Shown here: in pieces, positions 9,437-16,453 of the stretch | Numbering within the stretch: position 1 is the stretch's first letter | How the letters are laid out: each line of letters begins with the position of its first letter | Source of the DNA: Streptococcus phage vB_Sags-UPM1 | Reading direction: 5' to 3' (one strand) | Sequence record: OQ633473.1 | DNA length: 24,000 bases | The notes under the pieces: generated by a model | What the model saw: only the letters and a program-made list of their open reading frames with translations | Told to the model about the DNA's origin: nothing | The model's database searches: none | Made by a program: the position numbers and the translations under genes

Positions 9437-10913
9437 GAGCTAACTCCTTGTCTGACATACGTGTTTGAGCTTCTAGTTTTTGAGCTAACAAACTGCCCGA
9501 CTGCGATTCTTGCATGATTTTATCTTCTTCTTCATCTGGATCATCAACAATACCAGTGACAAACATCTTAGTTTTGTTTGACAACTCTCCACCAAGTGTT
9601 TTAAAATCATTTATTTTTTCTTGGTCTGACTTAGGTAAGTTTGGAGTAAAGATTATTTTTAGCTTGCTGATATCAAAATCTTTAATTTCACTTAAAAACT
9701 CACCAACATGAGCGATAAGCTTATATCTACGTTTCAACGACTGCTCAAATAACGCTTGTAAGTCCACACGTTCTTGGTCTAGTCCAAAAACTTTCCACTT
9801 GAGCGCTTCTCCGGACTGATTACCAGCAAATTTATTGTCTGTCATATCTGGCGTATTAGTAAATCTGTGGATATCCTCAGCGATTCTGTTTTTATATGCT
9901 TCAGTTCCCTGTACGTCATATTTTTTATACAAATACTTAGCGTCAACAGAACCTTCACGTCCTTCGCTATCAACAGGTGGTTCTAGGTTTAACAATCTAG
10001 CTTTTCGCATAGCTCTCAAATATGTAATAGCTTTTTCCGGTGTATCTACGTATTCAGGAAACGACACACGACCAATAATTGCTAGAATAGCGTCTGACAA
10101 GTCTTGCATGTAGTTAGCTGTGTCTGACTGCGCAGAGTCGTATAAATCAATCAAAGATAATTCTGTTTCGTAATCGCCTAAACCGTCATCTGTATTAAGA
10201 TATTCCGTGATAGGGACAGCACCAAAAGCATGCGGTTGTCTACCTGTCTCTGTTAATTCTCCGTCAAATTCAAAAAAGATAACTTCCGAACTTGTATAAA
10301 CTTCTACCGTCTTGTCTGTTTTATCTATTTGACTTTTGTTGTAGTATCGCACACCAATAAGACTATCTTTATCAACATCATTTTTATAGATAATAAAAGT
10401 CTCTCTCGGGTCTAGTCTTATCACTTTTGTTTTATTGTCTGCACTACGATAAGCGAGTTCGTAAGCACGACCAACTTTAGACAAGTCTTTTATAAGTTGT
10501 CTATTTAATTGATGGAAGTTGTTCTTTTTTGCTAACTCTTTTAAAAGTTCGTTGTTAACTTCATCGTCATACTCAACACGTATTGGATTACCAACAAGAT
10601 ATCCCTGTTTAAATGTTGATATATACTTGCCATAATTATGTATGGCACGAACATCAGCCATGTCCTCATCTTGCCTACGACCAGACTTAGATACCTCGTG
10701 ATTGTTTCCTTCTGCATAATCTAACAACTCTTGTATACGTGGTTTTTGAATGTTCTCGTGGTGTTTTAAGTATTCAAGTAATATTTTATAGTTGTCATCA
10801 AACAAAGCGCTTATATCGCTTATCTGATACCTCATTCTTGACTCACGATGAAAACGCAACTCTAAAAGTTTATGTTCCCCAGTTGAGTCAATAAAATCTT
10901 CTATGTGTGCCAT
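9420..10913 (-). CDS. Portal protein, SPP1 gp6-like
   Basis: 497 aa; 'YGKYISTFKQGYLVGNPI', 'NTDDGLGDYETELSLIDLYDSAQSDTANYMQDLSDAILAI'. Confidence 0.95.
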   Translation of the reverse strand: MAHIEDFIDSTGEHKLLELRFHRESRMRYQISDISALFDDNYKILLEYLKHHENIQKPRIQELLDYAEGNNHEVSKSGRRQDEDMADVRAIHNYGKYISTFKQGYLVGNPIRVEYDDEVNNELLKELAKKNNFHQLNRQLIKDLSKVGRAYELAYRSADNKTKVIRLDPRETFIIYKNDVDKDSLIGVRYYNKSQIDKTDKTVEVYTSSEVIFFEFDGELTETGRQPHAFGAVPITEYLNTDDGLGDYETELSLIDLYDSAQSDTANYMQDLSDAILAIIGRVSFPEYVDTPEKAITYLRAMRKARLLNLEPPVDSEGREGSVDAKYLYKKYDVQGTEAYKNRIAEDIHRFTNTPDMTDNKFAGNQSGEALKWKVFGLDQERVDLQALFEQSLKRRYKLIAHVGEFLSEIKDFDISKLKIIFTPNLPKSDQEKINDFKTLGGELSNKTKMFVTGIVDDPDEEEDKIMQESQSGSLLAQKLEAQTRMSDKELAHGHAH

Positions 10914-10925
10914 TGTTTCTCCTAT

Positions 10926-12167
10926 CTAGTTTTTAAGACCTTGATAAAGTACATTGAAATTGTTGGTTTTACTTATGCTATCTTCTTTATGCTGTGAATA
11001 AAGAGCATATCTGATGGCATCTAGCACATCATCGTATTCTTTTTGTGGTTCGTCTTTTGTGCTGTTAGGTTTCCATTTGTATTGATATATCTCATCAAAA
11101 AAACGAGGAATACACCCTCGCTTGATAAATAACCTTTTATCCTTGAATGATTTCGCTATATATTCAATGCCTGCAACAACTTCTTTACGTCCATTTCTTG
11201 CTTTAATACGCTCTCTTTTAAAGCGAGCAACGTGTTCTGGTCTCGCACTATCTGCCCAGAATGTAACATTCCCATAGATTTGTATAAACTCTTTGGCTCT
11301 AGTTACCCACCAATCTATTTCTTTATATTGCTCTGCAATACCATCAACTAAGTAATAATTTCCATTATTGTCCTCTCCGATAATCACAATTGAACCATAG
11401 TGATCATATCCCCAGTCGACACCGGCAAAAAAGCGTGTCATTTTTGGCAATTCTTCGACTTCGTGAACAGCTTTGTCATAATCTGAATAGATAGCGCCCT
11501 CAGCAACTGTCCATTTGCCTAAAATGTCACGGTCATAAAACTTCCCACTAGGCGTTGCGCTTTTTATCGACTCAATGTAACGCTTAGATAGAAAAGTGTT
11601 ATCATCTAACTTAAAACTAAAATCGATAATGCCATCTTTGTTTTTACCGATGTAGTCAGTGTTTAGCCAATGATTAGGATTATCTGGGTTTGAGTCCCAT
11701 ACAATTCTAGCACCATCACCAGAACAACGAGAAATTATTTCCTTAAACACAACCTCATTAGCTAGTGACGCCTCATTAACATAAGCTCCAAATGATGTAA
11801 AACCTCTAGCTCTTTTTAACCCACTAATAGACCCCGTATATACTTGCACAACCTTAACGCCACAAAATGTAAAAGATCCATGTTTGTCATATTTAGGCTC
11901 AAAGCCATATTTATTATAAAGCTCCTGTAACACGTTGTTTTGGATAGAAGTAGATGATGTCCCAGCTAAAATATAGATAGGTTCATCTATTTTTAAGTCA
12001 TCTGCAATCTTACGAACACGATATAACTCTGTTACAAAAGTATCGTTGTTAACAACAGTTTTTCCAGCACGCTTTGCTCCATGAAGTCCGCAGATAAACC
12101 AATCGTTATTCCAAATGTAATCAAGAACTTGCAATTGCTTTCTTGTGTATAACTTACTCAACTCCAT
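10926..12167 (-). CDS. terL: Terminase large subunit (PBSX/TerL family)
   Basis: 413 aa; Walker A-like 'GLHGAKRAGKTVVN', 'FFAGVDWGYDHYGSIVIIG' nuclease region. Confidence 0.95.
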   Translation of the reverse strand: MELSKLYTRKQLQVLDYIWNNDWFICGLHGAKRAGKTVVNNDTFVTELYRVRKIADDLKIDEPIYILAGTSSTSIQNNVLQELYNKYGFEPKYDKHGSFTFCGVKVVQVYTGSISGLKRARGFTSFGAYVNEASLANEVVFKEIISRCSGDGARIVWDSNPDNPNHWLNTDYIGKNKDGIIDFSFKLDDNTFLSKRYIESIKSATPSGKFYDRDILGKWTVAEGAIYSDYDKAVHEVEELPKMTRFFAGVDWGYDHYGSIVIIGEDNNGNYYLVDGIAEQYKEIDWWVTRAKEFIQIYGNVTFWADSARPEHVARFKRERIKARNGRKEVVAGIEYIAKSFKDKRLFIKRGCIPRFFDEIYQYKWKPNSTKDEPQKEYDDVLDAIRYALYSQHKEDSISKTNNFNVLYQGLKN

Positions 12168-12651
12168 CTGAAATAGCTCCTTTGACCATATTCAAGAAAT
12201 TGGCTATTTTCTCATCTTGTCCTTCATCTCCGCCAATTTGAGACTTCAACTTCTCAATTTCAAGGTTGATCTTTTTGAGTTCTAGGTTTGTTGGGTAACG
12301 TTTCATCAATTCGCTTCCTGCTTTTATAACCTCTGCTATTGATGGTTGCTTCTCTATCGTTACAAATTCACCAGTAATCTGATTAAGTTCCGTTACTTCT
12401 TCAGTTAATTCCTGTCTAAGAATTTGTGTAAACACTCTAAGAACTTCATCAGCTGTTGCTATCGAACTCTTTTCTAAGACTTTCATGCGACTCTGTATAG
12501 CTTGCTTTATTTCAAGTTTTTTCAAGTTTTGCTCGCCAATTTGACCAGCGGTTTTTTTACTATACCCCGCTTTTATCGCTGCATCAGTCGCATTCCCGCA
12601 GATGATATACTCATCTATAAATTTTTGTTGTTTTAGTGTTAATTTACCTAT
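12154..12651 (-). CDS. terS: Terminase small subunit; true start uncertain (called ORF 12154..12525 is N-terminally truncated)
   Basis: Frame is open upstream of the called TTG: GKLTLKQQKFIDEYIICGNATDAAIKAGYSKKTAGQIGEQNLKKLEIKQAIQSRM..., a classic TerS N-terminal HTH. SD GGAGGAGG lies at about 12661-12668. No in-frame ATG/GTG/TTG between SD and domain, only ATA at 12651. Confidence 0.75.
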   Translation of the reverse strand: MGKLTLKQQKFIDEYIICGNATDAAIKAGYSKKTAGQIGEQNLKKLEIKQAIQSRMKVLEKSSIATADEVLRVFTQILRQELTEEVTELNQITGEFVTIEKQPSIAEVIKAGSELMKRYPTNLELKKINLEIEKLKSQIGGDEGQDEKIANFLNMVKGAISDGVE

Positions 12652-12686
12652 TTTCCACCACCTCCTCCGTTTTAAAAAAATAAGTA

Positions 12687-12728
12687 TTTTATGCGTATTT
12701 TACTTGACAAACATGTTTTTATGCGTAT
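12687..12728. repeat. Two copies of TTTTATGCGTAT, 30 bp apart, around the hicA/terS divergent control region
   Basis: Identical 12-mers at 12687-12698 and 12717-12728. Confidence 0.8.
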
Positions 12729-12731
12729 AAT
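12704..12731 (+). promoter_or_regulatory. Sigma-70 type promoter for hicAB
   Basis: TTGACA (12704-12709), 16-nt spacer, TATAAT (12726-12731), followed by GAAAGTGAGG and ATG at 12759. Confidence 0.8.
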
Positions 12732-12758
12732 ATAAGTATAGAAAGTGAGGTAAGCAAT

Positions 12759-12944
12759 ATGCCAATGACCCCTAAGCAAATGATTAAATTGCTTAAAAAG
12801 AACGGGTTTTATGAAATTAGCCAAAACGGTAGTCATAAAAAACTTCGTGATGACTTAGGACACCAAACAATCGTTCCAATGCACAATAAAGACCTTGGTA
12901 AGGGTCTTGAAGATACCATCTTAAAACAAGCGGGTTTGAAATAA
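12759..12944 (+). CDS. hicA: HicA-like mRNA interferase toxin
   Basis: 61 aa; 'PKQMIKLLKKNGFYEISQNGSHKKLRDD...TIVPMHNKDLGKGLEDTILKQAGL' with the GSH motif. Confidence 0.93.
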   Translation: MPMTPKQMIKLLKKNGFYEISQNGSHKKLRDDLGHQTIVPMHNKDLGKGLEDTILKQAGLK

Positions 12945-12995
12945 TCCGCTTGACAGATGGCTTGCTTATCTCACAATAATCAAAGGAGAATCATT

Positions 12996-13373
12996 ATGTT
13001 AGTTTATCCAGCTATATTCACACAAGACTCAGATTATATCATGGTTACATTCCCAGATGTCCCTGAAGCAATTACTCAAGGTGAAGACTTTCAAGAAGCT
13101 TACGAAATGGCTGTAGAAGTCTTAGGTTTTGTCCTTGAAGATTATACTGACTATCCAAAGGCGAGCTCCGTTTCTGATTTAAAAGAACAGTATCCTGATT
13201 CTGATATCGCTTTAGTTGGCATTGATATGATCGCCTACATGAAAAAGTATCACTCTAAGAAGGTACGCAAAAACGTGACTATTCCTGAGTGGTTGAACAA
13301 CGCAGCCGAAGATAAAAACCTCAACTTTTCCCAAGTACTTACTGAAGCACTTGAATTAAAATTACAAGCATAA
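12996..13373 (+). CDS. hicB: HicB-like antitoxin with C-terminal ribbon-helix-helix type domain
   Basis: ATG at 12996 after AAAGGAG (called ORF starts earlier at 12957). 'YPAIFTQDSDYIMVTFPDVPEAITQGEDFQEAYEMAVEVLG' and 'VRKNVTIPEWLNNAAEDKNLNFSQVLTEALELKL'. Confidence 0.92.
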   Translation: MLVYPAIFTQDSDYIMVTFPDVPEAITQGEDFQEAYEMAVEVLGFVLEDYTDYPKASSVSDLKEQYPDSDIALVGIDMIAYMKKYHSKKVRKNVTIPEWLNNAAEDKNLNFSQVLTEALELKLQA

Positions 13374-13374
13374 G

Positions 13375-13396
13375 AGCCACTGTTGTGGTTCTTTTT
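13375..13396 (+). terminator. Intrinsic terminator of hicAB
   Basis: AGCCAC-TGTT-GTGGTT stem-loop followed by CTTTTTG. Confidence 0.75.
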
Positions 13397-13403
13397 GCAT
13401 AAT

Positions 13404-13424
13404 AAAAAGCCACCACAATTGGTG
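13404..13424 (-). terminator. Possible weak intrinsic terminator of the RNA-gene transcript
   Basis: Minus strand CACC..GGTG hairpin (13424-13411) followed by GCTTTTT. Confidence 0.4.
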
Positions 13425-13507
13425 ACTAATTGGTTAACCATAGATAAATAGCGAATGAATTCTAAGCCTATTGCCTACCCCATTCTGGGACACTTCTATT
13501 TATCAAA

Positions 13508-13608
13508 CAGGAACAGTCGGAATCGAACCGACACATATAATCAGACCGTCGACAATCCAATTATTAAGGCGCTACCTCTACCGTTTTCCAATCACGGTTC
13601 ATGTTCCT
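13508..13608 (-). tRNA. tRNA-like element, 101 nt, with apparent very long extra arm; identity unresolved
   Basis: Acceptor AGGAACA/TGTTCCT 7 bp, D stem ACCG/CGGT with GG-containing loop, T arm GTCGG-TTCGATT-CCGAC, discriminator G. The middle folds as ATAATTGGATTG-TCGA-CGGTCTGATTAT (12 pairs, four G-U that form only on the minus strand). No normal 5-bp anticodon stem found. Confidence 0.6.
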
Positions 13609-13610
13609 AA

Positions 13611-13694
13611 CGGAAAGAGTAGGATTCGAACCTACGACTGCACAAACAGCTACTGGTTAGCAACCAGCTGCGTTAACCCCTCTGCCATCTTTCC
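13611..13694 (-). tRNA. tRNA-Ser(GCU)
   Basis: Acceptor GGAAAGA/TCTTTCC, anticodon arm GCTGG-TTGCTAA-CCAGT, variable arm AGCTGTTTGTGCAGTC, T arm GTAGG-TTCGAAT-CCTAC, discriminator G. Confidence 0.88.
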
Positions 13695-13744
13695 AAAACG
13701 TCAACGCTGAGATTACACGTCTTATCAGCTGTCTTTCAAAACCT

Positions 13745-14394
13745 TATGTTTTAGTTTTTTATCCACTCAAATCCCTTCAAGTAACAACCATGCACGGTTA
13801 GTATCGCTAACCACTCGTTACGTCACAAACTACTAAGCCATTTTTCAATTAACGAAAACCCCGCGAAAGGTCTAAGCTGCTTTACTCTTTGACTTTGCTA
13901 TTATCCTTGCGAGACTCTAGCAGGTAGCCTAGCTACCGAAGCACACTTTCGTTTGCGACGGGCAATGACTTTTGCTTTATTCCAATATTTTCAACAAATA
14001 GCATTGTGTTCGTGTATCGCAGACGTGCATTGCCTTGCGTTTCGTCGCCTTTTGAGCTACAAAATGCGCAACGCCTGCTTGTTATCTTGGTGCTGGTACA
14101 CCTTGACTTGTTGTGTTTGACTGGGATATCCTCCCAGCGTTGCACAACATGCTGACCGCTCTTGGTACCACCCTTGAACTTCGTCAGTTTATACCTCCTA
14201 CACACTCGTCGCACGTACTGCTGACACAGCACCTCACCGATTGGCTCTGGTATTGCGCTTTGACTTCGCGTGCTGTAACCATTGCTGATTACATAAAGAT
14301 TGGATTGCTTAGATTGACCATTACTGGCGCTCTTGTTGATACACCTACAAAAGCTTTCCCATATCGCTATGGATTATCTGTGCTAAGCCACTAC
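13745..14394 (-). ncRNA. Candidate large structured phage ncRNA (ROOL/GOLLD-like by context); ends approximate
   Basis: Hairpins: CCATA-GCGA-TATGG (14359-14372, GNRA loop on minus strand), CTGGGA/TCCCAG (14121-14137) enclosed by TGTTGTG/CACAACA (14109-14115 with 14143-14149), GGTAGC/GCTACC (13923-13937), GGTTAG/CTAACC (13796-13812) enclosed by GTAAC/GTTAC. Long-range helix GCGACG+GGCAATG (13955-13967) with CATTGCC (14028-14034) and CGTCGC (14043-14048). No credible ORF; flanked by tRNA-like elements. Confidence 0.62.
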
Positions 14395-14426
14395 TGAGAC
14401 GACAGGATTCGAACCTGCACGTCCCA
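14394..14426 (-). ncRNA. tRNA-like acceptor/T-arm minihelix
   Basis: TGGGACG-T-GCAGG-TTCGAAT-CCTGT-CGTCTCA-G: 7-bp acceptor-like helix stacked on a 5-bp T arm with consensus T loop. Two G-U pairs exist only on the minus strand. No D or anticodon arm. Confidence 0.6.
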
Positions 14427-14543
14427 TATACATAAAATAGCAAGTTCGATAGTAGTTAAAGTTGACGACTAAATAAATAGCCTGTTGGTAAATGATTATC
14501 TCTTCTTGCTATTTTGATAATACTATATTAACACATATTTTTA

Positions 14544-14571
14544 TGTATAAACTATTGTATTACTGTATAAA
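14544..14571. repeat. TGTATAAA direct repeats exactly 20 bp apart immediately downstream of arpU
   Basis: Copies at 14544-14551 and 14564-14571; arpU stop codon at 14574-14576. Confidence 0.55.
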
Positions 14572-14573
14572 AA

Positions 14574-15008
14574 CTAGTCAAAAACTCCTTGCTCTACAAT
14601 CAAAGAACCCTCCCTATAAAGCTCTGCAAAAGCTAATAATGCAGCATCTAGCGTGTCATAATAAAAACTCTCTGACATACATAATTCTGTATAAATAACC
14701 TTATCTGCATTTTTGTAAGGAGATAGGTATTTGTCATACAAAATCCTACGCTTTTCTGGCTCCAATATCATACTAACTGATTGCTCAATTGCTTCTAATT
14801 CTTGTTCAGCTGACACACGGTTGAGTGCTAAGCGTTCAACTGGCTTACTAGGAGTTCCGTGTGATTGTCTAGGCTCAAAGGAATAAGTGGCTGTCACTTT
14901 TTGAGTATCTACATCATTAGCGATCCTACGCCAGCGTGGATACTCTCTTAGTTTTCGCTTAGCGTTTGATTTAGTTTTTTGTATATTAATTTCTGGAAAA
15001 AACGTCAT
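14574..15008 (-). CDS. arpU: ArpU-like phage late transcriptional regulator
   Basis: ATG at 15008 preceded by CGAGGAGCTTTC (called start 15065 has no such site). MTFFPEINIQKTKSNAKRKLREYPRWRRIANDVDTQKVTATYSFEPR... and location at the early/late boundary. Confidence 0.75.
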   Translation of the reverse strand: MTFFPEINIQKTKSNAKRKLREYPRWRRIANDVDTQKVTATYSFEPRQSHGTPSKPVERLALNRVSAEQELEAIEQSVSMILEPEKRRILYDKYLSPYKNADKVIYTELCMSESFYYDTLDAALLAFAELYREGSLIVEQGVFD

Positions 15009-15054
15009 GAAAGCTCCTCGTATGATATAATAGTTGTACGAATATATATCGAAT

Positions 15055-15077
15055 GGCGCTTTCACGAGCGCCTTTTT
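15055..15077 (+). terminator. Terminator-like hairpin oriented for plus-strand transcription
   Basis: GGCGCT-TTCACG-AGCGCC followed by TTTTTATT on the plus strand only. Confidence 0.45.
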
Positions 15078-15393
15078 ATTGTTCTCCTTTCATTTCTCTG
15101 CTGACTTATTTTTGTTGTTAAATTGTCGAGTATTAAATTTTTAGTTTTGCGTCAGCACTTTATTTGCAGCATTGCGCTTGTATAATCATCTGTGAGCGAT
15201 AACAGACTTTAGATTTTTTATGAAAAAAATGTCGGAGGATATTTCCCTTTCTAAAAATTTCGCTCTATAACTACGTAACGATTATTCCACGCTACGTAGC
15301 TGACTACTACAGAAAGTTTCTAAGCTGAGTTTAACGAGAATCCTAGCTCGTACACCCACAGAGCCATTGCAGGCTCTTAGGCGCTTGCGTGGG

Positions 15394-15534
15394 TTATTGG
15401 TCTGTTAAATCCTCTATGGCTTTTACCAGTAAAAAACACCATAAAACTACTGTAAAAAACAAAAACGCGGCTACCATTGCGGCTAGTAAACCAGCTAAAA
15501 AAATCATTCTATCATTCCTTCCTCGGTCATTCAT
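15394..15534 (-). CDS. Small single-pass membrane protein, 46 aa (not in supplied ORF track)
   Basis: MNDRGRNDRMIFLAGLLAAMVAAFLFFTVVLWCFLLVKAIEDLTDQ. Start codon overlaps upstream stop (TAATG) after GAAGGGTGG. Confidence 0.6.
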   Translation of the reverse strand: MNDRGRNDRMIFLAGLLAAMVAAFLFFTVVLWCFLLVKAIEDLTDQ

Positions 15535-15725
15535 TACCACCCTTCGCTTCTGAAAATCTTTGCATTTTTACGAATTTGAGCTATGACATGAGGTTTTTTA
15601 AACATGCATAGATACACGTATTCGTCCGTCTCCTCTTCGTTAGCACCTAACTGTTTCATGGACTTCACAATACTTCTGATTCTAGTTTTATCTCTACTCA
15701 TCTCAACTCCTCCAAACTTACCCAC
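15534..15725 (-). CDS. Hypothetical small phage protein
   Basis: 63 aa, overlaps neighbours in operon fashion. Confidence 0.5.
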   Translation of the reverse strand: MGKFGGVEMSRDKTRIRSIVKSMKQLGANEEETDEYVYLCMFKKPHVIAQIRKNAKIFRSEGW

Positions 15726-15916
15726 TTAAATTGTGGAAACTGTTCTGCTTCTTTGCGTGTGCAGTGGTGACCATAAAAATTTACATCCCATGCGCTGTTA
15801 GTTGAACTTACAGTTAATTTCTTGTTATGACAATCTATGTTTTCATAACATAAATAATTAAACTTCCAACTCGGTTCTGGCAACTCTAATACCAACACTC
15901 CTAATTCTTCAGTCAT
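15698..15916 (-). CDS. Hypothetical phage protein
   Basis: ATG at 15916 overlaps the HNH stop (ATGA); MTEELGVLVLELPEPSWKFNYLCYENIDCHNKK... Confidence 0.55.
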   Translation of the reverse strand: MTEELGVLVLELPEPSWKFNYLCYENIDCHNKKLTVSSTNSAWDVNFYGHHCTRKEAEQFPQFKWVSLEELR

Positions 15917-16452
15917 TCCGTCACCTCTTTCGCAAACTGCCACACTTTATATTTCTTTGTTTCTCCGCCACCTCTAATAACTCCACATGCCCAAGTTTGT
16001 GCTTTGTTAAAGTAATATGATGCTTGAGTCATACTTTCAAACTCTAATATCTCATCTGTTTCCTTTATTTTTACAAAACATTTCTTCTTATTACTTTCTG
16101 TAGCTTTAGTTTTTCTTGGTCTTAACCCAAGTTTATAAGCATGTTTCAAATTCTCACTTCGTGTTACCCACTCCAAATTTTTGGGGTGATTATTTGTTTT
16201 ATCTCCATCTATATGATTAACTTCTATATAGTTGTGTGGGTTTTGGCAAAAATATTTAGCAACCAAAGAATGCGCTTGATAGGTTTTTCTTTTTCCACTA
16301 GAAATTGATGTTAAAGTAACCCAACAATAACCCTTATTTCTGTGGACGCTTTGCTTTAAAAATTTACCGTTTCTATTGTTTCTAAATCTTCCAAAACTGG
16401 AAACTGAATAATTAGGAGAATTTTCTATAACTTTCCAAATTTCTTCCATCAT
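15913..16452 (-). CDS. NUMOD4/HNH homing-type endonuclease
   Basis: 179 aa; 'EEIWKVIENSPNYSVSSFGRFRN', 'AHSLVAKYFCQNPHNYIEVNHIDGDKTNNHPKNLEWVTRSENLKHAYKLG'. Confidence 0.92.
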   Translation of the reverse strand: MMEEIWKVIENSPNYSVSSFGRFRNNRNGKFLKQSVHRNKGYCWVTLTSISSGKRKTYQAHSLVAKYFCQNPHNYIEVNHIDGDKTNNHPKNLEWVTRSENLKHAYKLGLRPRKTKATESNKKKCFVKIKETDEILEFESMTQASYYFNKAQTWACGVIRGGGETKKYKVWQFAKEVTE

Positions 16453-16453
16453 T

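Noticed and set aside
13471-13710. Plus-strand ORF 'MPTPFWDTSIYQTGTVGIEPTHI...NGKSRIRTYDCTN...'
   Set aside because: Classic translation artefact of the antisense of two tRNAs (IEPTHI, RIRTYDCTN).
13933-14397. ORFs 13933..14232 (-) and 14113..14397 (+)
   Set aside because: No ribosome binding site evident, low-complexity-free but protein-unlike composition, and both overlap strong RNA helices; better explained as non-coding RNA.
14492-14698. Plus-strand ORF of 68 aa
   Set aside because: AT-rich, overlaps the arpU 3' end and the TGTATAAA repeats on the other strand.
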